Part shown: in pieces, positions 17,601 through 26,500 of the stretch
How the letters are laid out: each line of letters starts with the position of its first letter
How positions within the stretch are numbered: position 1 is the first letter of the stretch
From: an uncultured Dehalococcoidia bacterium
GTDB lineage: Bacteria; Chloroflexota; Dehalococcoidia; SM23-28-2
Assembly (NCBI GenBank): GCA_964354065.1
Contig: CAYGYF010000002.1
Coordinates: 1-41,169 of the forward strand
Length of the DNA stretch: 41,169 bases
Direction: 5' to 3'
The notes under the pieces: model-generated
Databases searched by the model: none
Told to the model about the DNA's origin: nothing
Seen by the model: the letters and a program-made list of their open reading frames with translations, nothing else
Position numbers and translations under genes: made by a program

Positions 17601-17951
17601 GAATTCATGGACCGCCGGAAGGTCCGGCAGGTTATCGGGGTCGTTGACCAGGTGATAGAGAGTGATAAGGGCGTGGGTCTTGCCGCCGCCGTAGGTCAGC
17701 TCCAGTTGGCGCACCGCTTTCTCGTTCTTGCCTGCCAGCCTCTGAAGGACGTCCTTGACGAGCTCCCGCAGGTTGAAGGTAGGGTAGGTCAGGGCGAAGA
17801 ACTCGGAGGGCTGCTGGTAGATCGGGCGCGCTCGCCCCATGACGACGTCGTACAGGTCGGCGGCGAAGATGCTGAGGGTAAGCTCGCCGGAGCGGAGGTC
17901 ATCACGGAGCGTTACGACTTGGTGCCAGGGGGTCGTGGCTGAAGAACTCAT
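14640..17951 (-). CDS. DUF499-family AAA-type ATPase (anti-phage-associated)
   Basis: N-terminus 'PWHQVVTLRDDLRSGELTLSIFAADLYDVV...ELTYGGGKTHALITLYHL' gives Walker A at 17673-17690. 'LILIDEVLMY' is Walker B. The 1103-aa size is typical of the family. Confidence 0.85.
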   Translation of the reverse strand: MSSSATTPWHQVVTLRDDLRSGELTLSIFAADLYDVVMGRARPIYQQPSEFFALTYPTFNLRELVKDVLQRLAGKNEKAVRQLELTYGGGKTHALITLYHLVNDPDNLPDLPAVHEFRQHAGGITPPKARIVSLCFDKLDVEKGMEVHGPNGEARRLWHPWSVLAFQIAGADGLRLLNAEEKDEERETPPAENLVRDLLEWPARDGLATLILIDEVLMYAREKVGLDTQWRHRLQDFFQALTQAATKVDRACIVASLLATEPRKSDELGKEIAQELYAIFRREREEGVQPVEKQDVAEILRRRFFTAESIRDRERFLPHVVAALEGISVLDEGTRKNRQAEEERYLASYPFHPELTEALYTKWTQLEGFQRTRGVLRTFAMALRAAEKWDTSPLVGANVLLNTPGSPGLSEAARELTSIAASEAYEGKRQEWAAILEGELAKTRDTQGEFPALKGREVEQAVMATFLHSQPIGQRALTRDLLVLLGAAKPDKIELEKALRRWTEVSYFLDEAAIAGATDGTGAAVLELPKWWRLGTRPNLRQMHSDACARVGPPEVIEMTLRDWIAREKRLTAGAAAAGARVHNLPDHPRDVQDDGEFHYVVLGPRAASEAGKPSAESRRFIDETTGPDRPRVYRNAILLVVPSREGLELVRSRVRDYMGWEEVRNLPEAKDFDDVRKVLLSGYTDEARKRIPDALVQTYCIVVTVAAKGEVEAFRVTATGEPIFEVVKNDKRSRIQESAISPEALLPDGPYALWREEETSRRASDLVTAFAQFPHLPKMLRQKDIADTLALGVEQGYFVLRLPRPDKSVRTIWRAQPTEGDLRERDLEVVLPEAAELTDLDGTLLVPGALPGLWPEDGGSISVGQVLAFFDGSHVSKVQREGYEEAFPVPKAAKEVVENAIQEGVRAGAVWLTAGPASIYREDIPYGVLSDTALLHPPPAELLATAVLPQNLEAAWGEPITTAAAISDALSVTVGKTLPWTTVRSAIDSAIRARYLERTPDSGPWPCEWSGSPLVRLSVPTEAPPPPPPPRGFTTEAELEPAELQDLVDGLADIIKTGAGLNLRFFLRLELGDGVQPMAAQLMRLNEELKKACPKLEFGDGY

Positions 17952-18607
17952 TGGCTTACCTCCGTCCTAGACGGTTGAGTACGGTGCTGCGCTATTGGCA
18001 GCAGCGCCTGCACGAGCGGGAGAAGCAATTGATACGCGGTCCCCAGGGTAGACTGGTCTGCCAACCGATGCGGGCCCTTGATGGCGTGGAACTGGTTGTT
18101 TCGCACAGTGTACAGCAGGGAGGATGCCACCTCTTGGAGCGACCTCCTCTTGTCTTCGGTGGATGCCAGTGCAGGCGCTACAGCACTGACGTGGGCCACA
18201 CAGTCGCGAGGATCCTTCCCGAGGAAGTAGTCTCTCATGTTCACGATCCCTTGGACGGGTGCGCCCGCGTCCGGCCCTACTACGAATTGCTCCGTGGGCG
18301 CGTCATTGAGGCTGCTGATAAGCTCCACGTATTCCTCGGTGTAGAGCCTTTCGATGTCGTCCGTGGGAACTTGATCCAAGGCGGCCCGTATCTTGTCCGC
18401 CTCCCTGCCGTCGAACCGAGCAAGGAGGCAGTAGAGGTTGTTGAAGGCGACGAAGAGGTACAGGTAGGCAGTAAACGGGTCCGGATCCCTGTTCGTTCGG
18501 TTGAAGAACCGGTGGGCCCGTCGGTAGCTTTCCCGGGTCGACTGCAGATATGCATCGCCCCAATAGGCAATGCGCCGCGTCTGCAGGTCTTCAGCGCGTC
18601 GGTTCAT
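17948..18607 (-). CDS. small alpha-helical protein with RNxxxH (HEPN-like) motif
   Basis: Start set to ATG 18607, which overlaps the methyltransferase stop as ATGA. Its own stop overlaps the DUF499 ATG as ATGA (17948-17951). 'LYLFVAFNNLYCLLA' and 'LLYTVRNNQFHAIKG' (18087-18104) fit the HEPN two-helix plus Rx4-6H pattern. Confidence 0.65.
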   Translation of the reverse strand: MNRRAEDLQTRRIAYWGDAYLQSTRESYRRAHRFFNRTNRDPDPFTAYLYLFVAFNNLYCLLARFDGREADKIRAALDQVPTDDIERLYTEEYVELISSLNDAPTEQFVVGPDAGAPVQGIVNMRDYFLGKDPRDCVAHVSAVAPALASTEDKRRSLQEVASSLLYTVRNNQFHAIKGPHRLADQSTLGTAYQLLLPLVQALLPIAQHRTQPSRTEVSQ

Positions 18608-21600
18608 TCCACCCTCTCGGCAGTGTCTGTCATCAGCCGCATCTGCGGATGGGCGCCGCGGGCGGTCACGTGGTTCATGATCGTCTCCAATAGCGCCCGC
18701 TCGTCCGGCTGGTTGTCTTTGCGCGCCAGCTCGATCAGGGCCTGGAGCAGACGCGGGAAGAGGGCGTTTCCGCGAAGGCCCCGGTCCTCGATGTAGGCGT
18801 CCACCTTCTGGACGTCTCCCTCCCGCCAGAGGCGCATGATGCGGTGCACCTGGTCGATGAGCGGCGCCGGCCGGCCTTCCGCGTCCAATCCCAGCGACTT
18901 GCCACGGCGGTGGTCCCAGCGCTTGAGCCGGACCTTGCTGCCGCTGCCCCGCTCCTCCGGCTCCTCCTCGGCGTCTTCGCTCTCCTCTTCTTCCTCCTCT
19001 TCGGTCTCGGCGGAGCCGCTGGTGAAGGCGACGAGTTCGTAGCGGTCGGCCAGGTCGCGGTCGCGGAGGTTGCACGACTGGGCATAAAGGATGCACGCTC
19101 CGACCGGCGCCTCGGTGAAGCCGAAGTCGTGGCGGTGGAGTAGGTAGTAGATGGTGGCGGTGTCCAGGCCGGCGGCCTCCTCGCTCTCGCCGTCGCGGGA
19201 GAGGACGCGGCCGACCACGTAATCCACCACGATGCGCCGGACGTGGTGCAGGAACTCCGAGACGGTGAGGATGGCGTTGGGCTCGTCCGCCTTCTTGACG
19301 ACGGGGTGCTTGCTGTAGGCCTCCAGAGCGGGGCCGGTGGCGGCCCAGACGAAGTCCGGCCCGCGGATGCCGGCGTCCCAGAAGTCTCGCAGGCGGTCGT
19401 AGATCTTGGAGCGCATCTCCTCCAGCACCTGGTTGTCCCAGCCGGGCCGCGCCGTCTCCGGCCGCTTCCGGCAGACGAGCCAGACGGAGGAAGCGAGGGC
19501 GGCTGAGGTCAATGCCCTTGTTCGGCTACTGAGTTCTGTTTGAATGGGCCAGCTTCCATCAACCACGAAGCCAGCTCGGATGATCGAAGAAACTAGGGTT
19601 TCCCACGCATTTGGCTGCTTGTTGGCGAAAGCAACGACCAGGACGCCCTGAGGTGTCAGCAAGTCCTGGCAGACCCGGAAAGCACGGAACATGCCTCCTT
19701 CATAGGCAGCTCTGGACTCCTCAGCGTCTCCACCGAAGCGGCTAGCATCGTCAATGAGTTCACCATCCTGTCTTTGGTGATCCCACTTGGGGCCCAGCGT
19801 CTCAGAGAACGCTGTATCCATTTCGGGAGATATGCCTGCAAGGGTCCGGCGGAGCCAGATGTAGAAGAAGTCCATCGCGTCGGAATACGGAATGGCGTCG
19901 TAGTAGGGAGGGTCAGTTACGACGACGTCAAGTTCCTCAGTGGCATTAGGGAGCAGAGCAGATTGACAACGGGCTTTGGGCGTAATGCTGCTTGTTGACG
20001 CCGCTCTGAGTGATGTACGGACAGCAGCGACCGTCGATTCCAACATTGAAAGGTAGCTTCCCGCATGCTGCCCAGGGGGCACGCTCTCAGCAAAGTCCCA
20101 AGTGATCGGCAATGCATAGCGAGAGAACACCTGGCGGATTTGTTCGTTGCCAACATGCCAGGTGCACAAAGTGCATGCCAGGTGGACGGCTTTTGAGAGG
20201 TTGGCCGTCAGATACGCGACGACCGCCTCCACCCACTCCGGCGGATAGCCCTCGGCGCGCATGGCGTCGCGGGCGGCGCGGGTGTGCTTCACGAAGGTCC
20301 CCAGGGCAAGGAGCTGGCGCGGGGTGAACAGCTTGTACCACTGGTCGAAGCCGTATAGCGGCACGCGGAAGCCCAGGGCCTCCTTGGTTGGCAGGGGCTC
20401 CGTCGGCAGGCCAAAGGGCACGTCCCGGAAGGTCGCCTCCACGCAGCCGCCGGCATCCTCGGCGGCGCGCAGTTCGTCGGGCGCCGGCAGGCTGTACTCT
20501 TTGCCCTTGGCGCCGTCCACCACCACAGACGTCATCTGCGTGCCCAGGCGGCCGGCCAGCCCTTCGGCCCGGATGTCATCCAAGGTCATGGCCACGGTGC
20601 CGGGGCCGCCGCAGACGGGGCACCAGGCGCCGGAGCGGGACATGGTGCCCTGGCCCACGCGGCGGTCGTGAGCCCGCTGCTGGGCGGCGTTGCCGCCCAC
20701 CTTCGGCTCGTCCACCACCTCAAAGTCCACGCCGGAACGGTCGGCCCGCGGGCGCATCTTCAGCCGGAAGCGTTTCTTCTCCTTGTGGCAGAGCCAGAGG
20801 GTCTTGAGGAGGGGCAGGGTGGCGCGACAGTTCTTACAGGTGACGGTGCGGGCCCACAGGTAGGCCACGGTGGTCTTGTCGTCCACGGTGGGGTAGAAGC
20901 GTTCCAGATCGGCCCTGGCCCGCTGGAGCACCCAGTGGCCGCAGGCGCGCACGTGCCAGGCCAGGTGAGCCTCCGGCGCCTCCAACATCGGTGCTTGGTG
21001 GCCTTCGTCCTGACGGCCGCGGCCCTTCTTCGGCCCGCGGGTCTGCTTCAGGAACTCCGCCATGAACTCCGGCGACTCCAGGGCGAACCGGGGCAGCGGC
21101 CTGGTCTGGCCGGCCAGTCGCTGCGGGTACTCGAGGGTGCATTTGAGGATGAACCAGGCGACGGGGTTAATGTCGATGGCGGTGGCCTCGCAACCCAGGC
21201 GCATCGCCTCCAGGGGGATGGCCCCGCCCCCGGCGAAGGGGTCGAGGACCCGCGGCGGGCGGCCGTAGACCTTGCGGATCTCCTCCCGGAAGAACTCCAG
21301 GTCCGGCCCGTTCTCGCGCCCCCAGTGCAGGATGCCGCCGACAGTCTCCTCCTTCACCACGGGCACGTCACGGCCGCCGACCCGCTTCGTGGTGTTCTTG
21401 GTCACGACCTTGCCGGCCAGACGCTCCAGGAGGCGCTGGCGCTCCGTGTCGTTACCGGGGTCAGGCAGCAGCGTAGCGATGAGGGCTGCGCGGCAAGCGG
21501 CCAGGGGTCGCCGCGCCGGCCAGATGTGGAGCGTCGAGATGTGCCCGTGGCGCACGTTCTTCTCGTGCACGGAGTCGAGGGACGCCTGCTTCAGGGGGAA

Positions 21601-21651
21601 GGCGACTTCGATGAGGCGCGGGCAATCGTCAGTCATGAGGTGCACCTTCAA
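18604..21651 (-). CDS. DUF1156-domain DNA methyltransferase (N6-A/N4-C type, anti-phage-associated)
   Basis: N-terminus 'LIEVAFPLKQASLDSVHEKNVRHGHISTLHIWPARRPLAACRA' is the DUF1156 signature. 'LDPFAGGGAIPLEA' (AdoMet motif I) is at ~21211-21249. 'VVVTDPPYYD' (motif IV) has DPPY at 19903-19914. There is a Cys cluster 'CKNC...CPVCG'. Confidence 0.85.
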   Translation of the reverse strand: MKVHLMTDDCPRLIEVAFPLKQASLDSVHEKNVRHGHISTLHIWPARRPLAACRAALIATLLPDPGNDTERQRLLERLAGKVVTKNTTKRVGGRDVPVVKEETVGGILHWGRENGPDLEFFREEIRKVYGRPPRVLDPFAGGGAIPLEAMRLGCEATAIDINPVAWFILKCTLEYPQRLAGQTRPLPRFALESPEFMAEFLKQTRGPKKGRGRQDEGHQAPMLEAPEAHLAWHVRACGHWVLQRARADLERFYPTVDDKTTVAYLWARTVTCKNCRATLPLLKTLWLCHKEKKRFRLKMRPRADRSGVDFEVVDEPKVGGNAAQQRAHDRRVGQGTMSRSGAWCPVCGGPGTVAMTLDDIRAEGLAGRLGTQMTSVVVDGAKGKEYSLPAPDELRAAEDAGGCVEATFRDVPFGLPTEPLPTKEALGFRVPLYGFDQWYKLFTPRQLLALGTFVKHTRAARDAMRAEGYPPEWVEAVVAYLTANLSKAVHLACTLCTWHVGNEQIRQVFSRYALPITWDFAESVPPGQHAGSYLSMLESTVAAVRTSLRAASTSSITPKARCQSALLPNATEELDVVVTDPPYYDAIPYSDAMDFFYIWLRRTLAGISPEMDTAFSETLGPKWDHQRQDGELIDDASRFGGDAEESRAAYEGGMFRAFRVCQDLLTPQGVLVVAFANKQPNAWETLVSSIIRAGFVVDGSWPIQTELSSRTRALTSAALASSVWLVCRKRPETARPGWDNQVLEEMRSKIYDRLRDFWDAGIRGPDFVWAATGPALEAYSKHPVVKKADEPNAILTVSEFLHHVRRIVVDYVVGRVLSRDGESEEAAGLDTATIYYLLHRHDFGFTEAPVGACILYAQSCNLRDRDLADRYELVAFTSGSAETEEEEEEESEDAEEEPEERGSGSKVRLKRWDHRRGKSLGLDAEGRPAPLIDQVHRIMRLWREGDVQKVDAYIEDRGLRGNALFPRLLQALIELARKDNQPDERALLETIMNHVTARGAHPQMRLMTDTAERVE

Positions 21652-23578
21652 GTGCGCGGAGGAAGTCGTCCCCTGAGATAGTGCCCGGTTTCCGGGGTCC
21701 TAGTTCGTCGATGAACCGCGACGCAACGGTATTTGCATACGTGGGCCCCCCGCCCCTCACTCGCGCACCCATCCGATGGGCGAGTCCGCGCGGTAACCTG
21801 ACAACGCTGGAGATTATAAGCGTGGCTCGTGCGCGCGTTATAGCGACGTAGAAGAGCCGGCGCTGCTCCTGCAGCGACCTTTCGCTATCGGCCGGCGGCA
21901 GGTCATCGTCAATGAACGGAATCAAGCCCTCAATGCAACCGACGATGGTGACCAAGTCAGCGGTCAAGCCCTTCGACTTATGAAGGCTCATCACGCGAAC
22001 ATAATCAACGTCAGTGGGTAGCTCCGGCTGTGTCACGGCGGTTCTAATTTCTTCGAGCAGAAGGCGCCCATCATAGTCTGGCTGTCCAATTGACGCGCCA
22101 ATGAACCGAAACGGCTCAGCCCAACCGACCGCTGGTGGAAATAGCGCGTCCAACAGGTCCTGGCCGCGAAGATCGGCCATGCTGGCCAACTGCTTGTTTG
22201 CGTCGCAGTATCGACCGACCATGTCGCCGATGTATGGGAGCTTGAACTCGCCGGCAACGATCCGGTCCAAAGCCTGTCTCGGAGACTCGCCGGTGTTCTC
22301 GCAGTGAGCGCGCAGGCGCGCCCAGCCGTTCTTACGCAGGGAGTCGCTTCCGAAGCCACACCAACACCGCAGCGCCACCCGGTCGGCAGGATTGGCGAGA
22401 AGCGCAAGCAAGACAAATGCCTGTTGGGCTTGGCTTGCCTCAAGCTCCTTGGGGTTGCCGTCCAGTGCTTCCTCATGAAAGAAGCTGTGGGCCGGTGTCC
22501 CCATGTTGTTCAGCGCGTCCCGAATCCTGTAGCCCAGCTGTCGCCGTGGAGACAGGATGAGCACGCCCCCAGATTCCACGTCTCCACCCTTGACACGACT
22601 GTCCACAAACCTTGCGATCCCCTCTACCTCGTCGTCCAAGCTGGTCCACTGCACTACGTAGACTTCTCCGGGAGGTGCTCCGGCCAGTGGGACGAGAATC
22701 CTTGCGCTGCGCGTGGGGTTGTACTGAATCAGGTGATTTGCCATTTCGACAATGGCAGTTGGGCATCTCCTGCACTCATCAAGGCTCTCATCGGCGGTTG
22801 CCGGGTGAGTTTGGTCAAATGTCGAAATGCCCTCAGGATGGGCGTACTTGAATGAGTAAATGGATTGATCCTCATCTCCGACGACGGTAAAGGCACCGCC
22901 ATCGGCAAGGATATCGAGGAGTGCCTGCTCTGCCCGGTTAAGGTCTTGATACTCGTCTACGAGGACATGCGCGAAGCGGGGCCGCAGCGGCGATGCCGGG
23001 TTCCCCCGCAGGAATCGAAGCGTCTCCGGAATAAGCTCGCCGACGAGCATCGCCTCGTGGAATTGAAGCCATGACAGCAGTTGGCTTTGAAACGCCCGAT
23101 CCAAGGGATCCGTAGGCCAGCCGGGTTCGTCGGACTGAAGACGCGCCCACGCAGAATTGAATGCGTGCAGCCTTCTGTTGCAGTCGCGCACTCCTCCGAA
23201 TGTATCCCCGCATAGGTCTTCAAGCAAGAATCGCTCCTCGAACTTCATCAGAGGTCGAGGAACTCTGGCGGTGAGCTGGAGCACTTCTCCTCGACCAAGA
23301 AGGCGAAAGCAGAAAGAGTGAATGGTCCCGGATTGCACGCGGCCTGCGTTGGGCATGGACAGCTTCAACAGTTCCTTCCGGAGGTCATTGGCGGCAGTGC
23401 GCGTGAAACTGCAGGCAAAGATCGCGTCAGGCTTGGCACCCTCTTGAAGGAGACGCGCCACTCGCCGGATCAAAGAGAACGTCTTGCCAGTCCCGGGCCC
23501 GGCCATAACTCGAAGGGGGGACCGATCTGAACTCGCGATTCGCCTCGCCTTGTCGCCCAAGCCATCATGCCAATCCAT
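21629..23578 (-). CDS. UvrD/Rep-like superfamily-1 helicase
   Basis: 'VMAGPGTGKTF' (motif I, ~23478-23504), 'VLVDEYQDLN' (motif II), and C-terminal 'MSLHKSKGLTAD...LFYVAITRAR' (motifs V/VI). It overlaps the methyltransferase start by 23 nt and starts 3 nt after the SNF2 gene stop. Confidence 0.8.
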   Translation of the reverse strand: MDWHDGLGDKARRIASSDRSPLRVMAGPGTGKTFSLIRRVARLLQEGAKPDAIFACSFTRTAANDLRKELLKLSMPNAGRVQSGTIHSFCFRLLGRGEVLQLTARVPRPLMKFEERFLLEDLCGDTFGGVRDCNRRLHAFNSAWARLQSDEPGWPTDPLDRAFQSQLLSWLQFHEAMLVGELIPETLRFLRGNPASPLRPRFAHVLVDEYQDLNRAEQALLDILADGGAFTVVGDEDQSIYSFKYAHPEGISTFDQTHPATADESLDECRRCPTAIVEMANHLIQYNPTRSARILVPLAGAPPGEVYVVQWTSLDDEVEGIARFVDSRVKGGDVESGGVLILSPRRQLGYRIRDALNNMGTPAHSFFHEEALDGNPKELEASQAQQAFVLLALLANPADRVALRCWCGFGSDSLRKNGWARLRAHCENTGESPRQALDRIVAGEFKLPYIGDMVGRYCDANKQLASMADLRGQDLLDALFPPAVGWAEPFRFIGASIGQPDYDGRLLLEEIRTAVTQPELPTDVDYVRVMSLHKSKGLTADLVTIVGCIEGLIPFIDDDLPPADSERSLQEQRRLFYVAITRARATLIISSVVRLPRGLAHRMGARVRGGGPTYANTVASRFIDELGPRKPGTISGDDFLRALEGAPHD

Positions 23579-23581
23579 GGC

Positions 23582-26500
23582 TCAACCCTCCGCCGCCTGA
23601 AAGATGGCGGCCTCGTCAATGATGACGCCGCCTCTGGCCCGTACGAGTAGCTTCGCGAAGGGGTCCTGCACTCGCAGCAGCCGCGGGTGGGTAGCCGCGC
23701 AGTCGTACACCACGTAGAGCCAGTACTGGTCGCGCAGGTTGGCGGCTTTGGCCCACTCGTTCTCGGAGAGCTGGACATCGCCCACGGCCCGTCGGCCTTT
23801 CACCTCGATGCAGCGCTCCTCGCCGTTCGGCCGGTGGGAGAGCAGGTCAAAGCCTATCCTCTGGAGAGGGTCGGACACATCAAGGACGGTGGCACTCAGA
23901 GACTCCTCGTAAGCCCGGGCCACGCGCATGGCAATCAGCTCGATCTCGCGGTCGTGGCGCTCCCGCTCCTCCGGATCGCTGGACGGCAACACCAGCGCGT
24001 GGGCCAGGAAGCTGACTCCGTTGGCCTCCACAAGTTCGGGCTCCCGGCGCAGTATTGCGAGCGCGCGTTCGCGCTGAGCGGCCAAGGCAGCCTGCTTTCT
24101 GCGCACGTCCTCCAGCGCTCGTTGAGCAGAGGCATCGCCGGCGTCCGCTCGCTCCCTCAGCTTCACGCGTGTGGCGGCGAGTTCGGCCTCCTGATAGTCG
24201 AAGCCGGCCTGAAGGAATGCCTCTCGCTCCTGCACCGACGCGGTGAGCGACGCCGCCAAACGCTCCGCCGCTGGCCTGGCCACCGTCTCCTCCAAGCGCA
24301 GCCTGGCAGCTTCGAGCGCTTTGGTGATCTGATCTATCGACGGCAGGGCTGTAGGGGCCACCGCCTTCGCAAGCTGCAGCACCATGGGCAATTCAACAGG
24401 ACACGTGTGCACCGCGTTATCGAAGGTCTGAGTGATGGCGACCAGCCGTACATCTAGCATCTGCTCCGCCCCGAAGGCTTCAGGGTAGGCTGGGTCGGCC
24501 CGTTGGACTGTAGAGACGAGGGCTAGGTGGTAAAGGTAGGGCTCGGTGGCATAGGGATCGATGAACGCAGCGCCGCGCAAGGCGTCCGGCCCGAACCGCT
24601 CAGAAAAGAAGGCTCGGTAGCGGTCGAAGAAGGGTTCACCAGGTCGTAGGAACAGGACATCCTCGGTCGGATCTGGCTTGTTTACGGTAAGGGGAAGAGG
24701 TACTCCCTGAGTCGCGTCCTCCATCGCCAAGGCGAGACGGAGAGGCAACCGTTCAAGGTGGAACTGCCCCTCGAGATCCCCCTCGATATTGACTCCAAGG
24801 AAAGGGGCTGATTTTTCCAAGAAGTGCCTGACATAGCCGGGAAGGAGCCGGTGTAGCTGGTCCTGGTCTCGTTGCGCTCGGAGCGTCGGGAGCTGGGAGG
24901 CCACATCGCCACCCGTGCCCCTTAGCTTTGCATCGGCCTCCTCGATGGCACGAACCTGTTCCTTGGTAAGCGTGCCTTCGATCCTAGCGATGCTCTCATC
25001 CTCTGCCCCTTCCACCACCGCTCGCATGATCAGTTCGCTGAGGGAGACATCCTGGAACTGGCGGCCAATCACGTCGAAAACCTTATCGGAGCCCAGCTCT
25101 CTCCGGATGTTTTCCAGCTTGTCCAGCAGGGTCTTGAGGACGCGGCCCTCGCGGGTCTTGCCAGCGACCAAATTGATGAGGGCGACAGGGTCGTGGCGCT
25201 GCTTGTACCGGTGGATCCGGCCCATGCGCTGCTCGATACGAGCCGGGTTCCAGGGGATATCGTAGTTCACCATGATCCAGCAGAACTGGAGGTTGATGCC
25301 CTCCCCCGCGGCGTCTGTCCCTACCATGAAGCGGCAGCGGGTTCGGAACTCCTCCATCTGGGCCTCCCGGTCCCGGTAGGGCATCCCGCCGTGGATGCGC
25401 GCGATCTCGCCTGTGTAACCCATCCCTTCCAACCGCCGGACCAGGAACTCCATGGTGTCCCGATGCTCAGTGAATATCAGGAGCTTCTCGCCCTTGAATC
25501 GCTCATCCTGGATGACTTCCCGGAGTTTCTCGAACTTGGACTCCTCTCCCGCATCGTAGGCGCGCTGCGCGAGATCCAGGAGCTCCACCACCTCCAGGCG
25601 CTCAGCCTCAAGCTCCGCCAGTGTCATGGCCGCGGTGGCGCCCATCGCTGACTGTTCGGCGAGATCCCGCTCCTCCTGCCCATCCTCCGCTCCCTCCTCG
25701 TCGCTGGTCATCTCCTCTTCGAAGTCGCGAACCCGGAGGCGTGCCTGCTCTGCCGCAAGGCCCTCTTCCGTGAGCTCTCGACTCGCGAAGGCCACGATGT
25801 ATTCGTCCAGCCGGTCGCGGCGGCGCTCAAGCGACCGAAGCAGGGCCCACGTGGAGCTCGCGGCACGTCGCTGTAGCACACTCATCGCCAATCGAGCCGC
25901 GGAGCGGTTCAGCACCCGGGCTCGGTTGAAGTAGGTGCGGACGTAGGACGTCAGCTCGTCGTAGAGTTCCTGCTCAAGGTGGGACAGCTCATAGCTGGCC
26001 GTGGTGCTCTCCCTCGACGGATAGATACGAGTGCCATCGAAACGAACCATCTCCTCCTTGGTGCGGCGGAGGAAGCGCGAGGCCCGGGCTTCGGACGGAA
26101 AGCTGTGGAACGCATCGACCGTCCTCAGTAGGTTCGGCTCTAGGAGTCGCCACAAGGCGTAGTAGGGGAATTCCTTCCCCATGTGAGGCGTAGCGGTTAG
26201 CAGTAGTAGATGGGGCGCGTGCCAGGAGAGGTGCCGCGGCGGCCGGCTCTGTTGCAGCGGCTCCGCCCCAGCCAGCAGTTCCGCCAGCTTGTAGCGCTCC
26301 GTGGTGTCGTAGGTGCCATCCGCATTCCTCATAGCGGCCAGCTTGTGAGCCTCGTCGAAGGCCACTAGGTCATAGGGGATGGTGTCGGCTTGAGCCAATC
26401 GTTCGAAGGCTCTGTCGCCAGCCAGGGTGTCGATGCTGACCAGTGCGAGGTCGCTCCCTGCGCCCGCGAAAGGGTTATCCGTTCGGCAGTCGAAGCCCGT

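Noticed and set aside
16896-17942. Long antisense or out-of-frame ORFs inside real genes (also 8620-9486, 20668-21681, 23687-24457, 33874-34566, 35609-36517, 32607-33363, 37519-38121)
   Set aside because: They are Gly/Arg/Pro/Ala/Leu-rich with no motifs, and lie entirely within genes that carry clear catalytic motifs on the other strand. These are shadow ORFs expected at 65-70% GC.
17948-19096. 382-aa version of the ORF downstream of the methyltransferase
   Set aside because: Its first 163 codons are an Arg/Gly/Pro-rich reading of the opposite frame of the methyltransferase 3' end, typical of high-GC out-of-frame ORFs. The internal ATG at 18607 gives an ATGA stop/start junction and a normal-looking protein.
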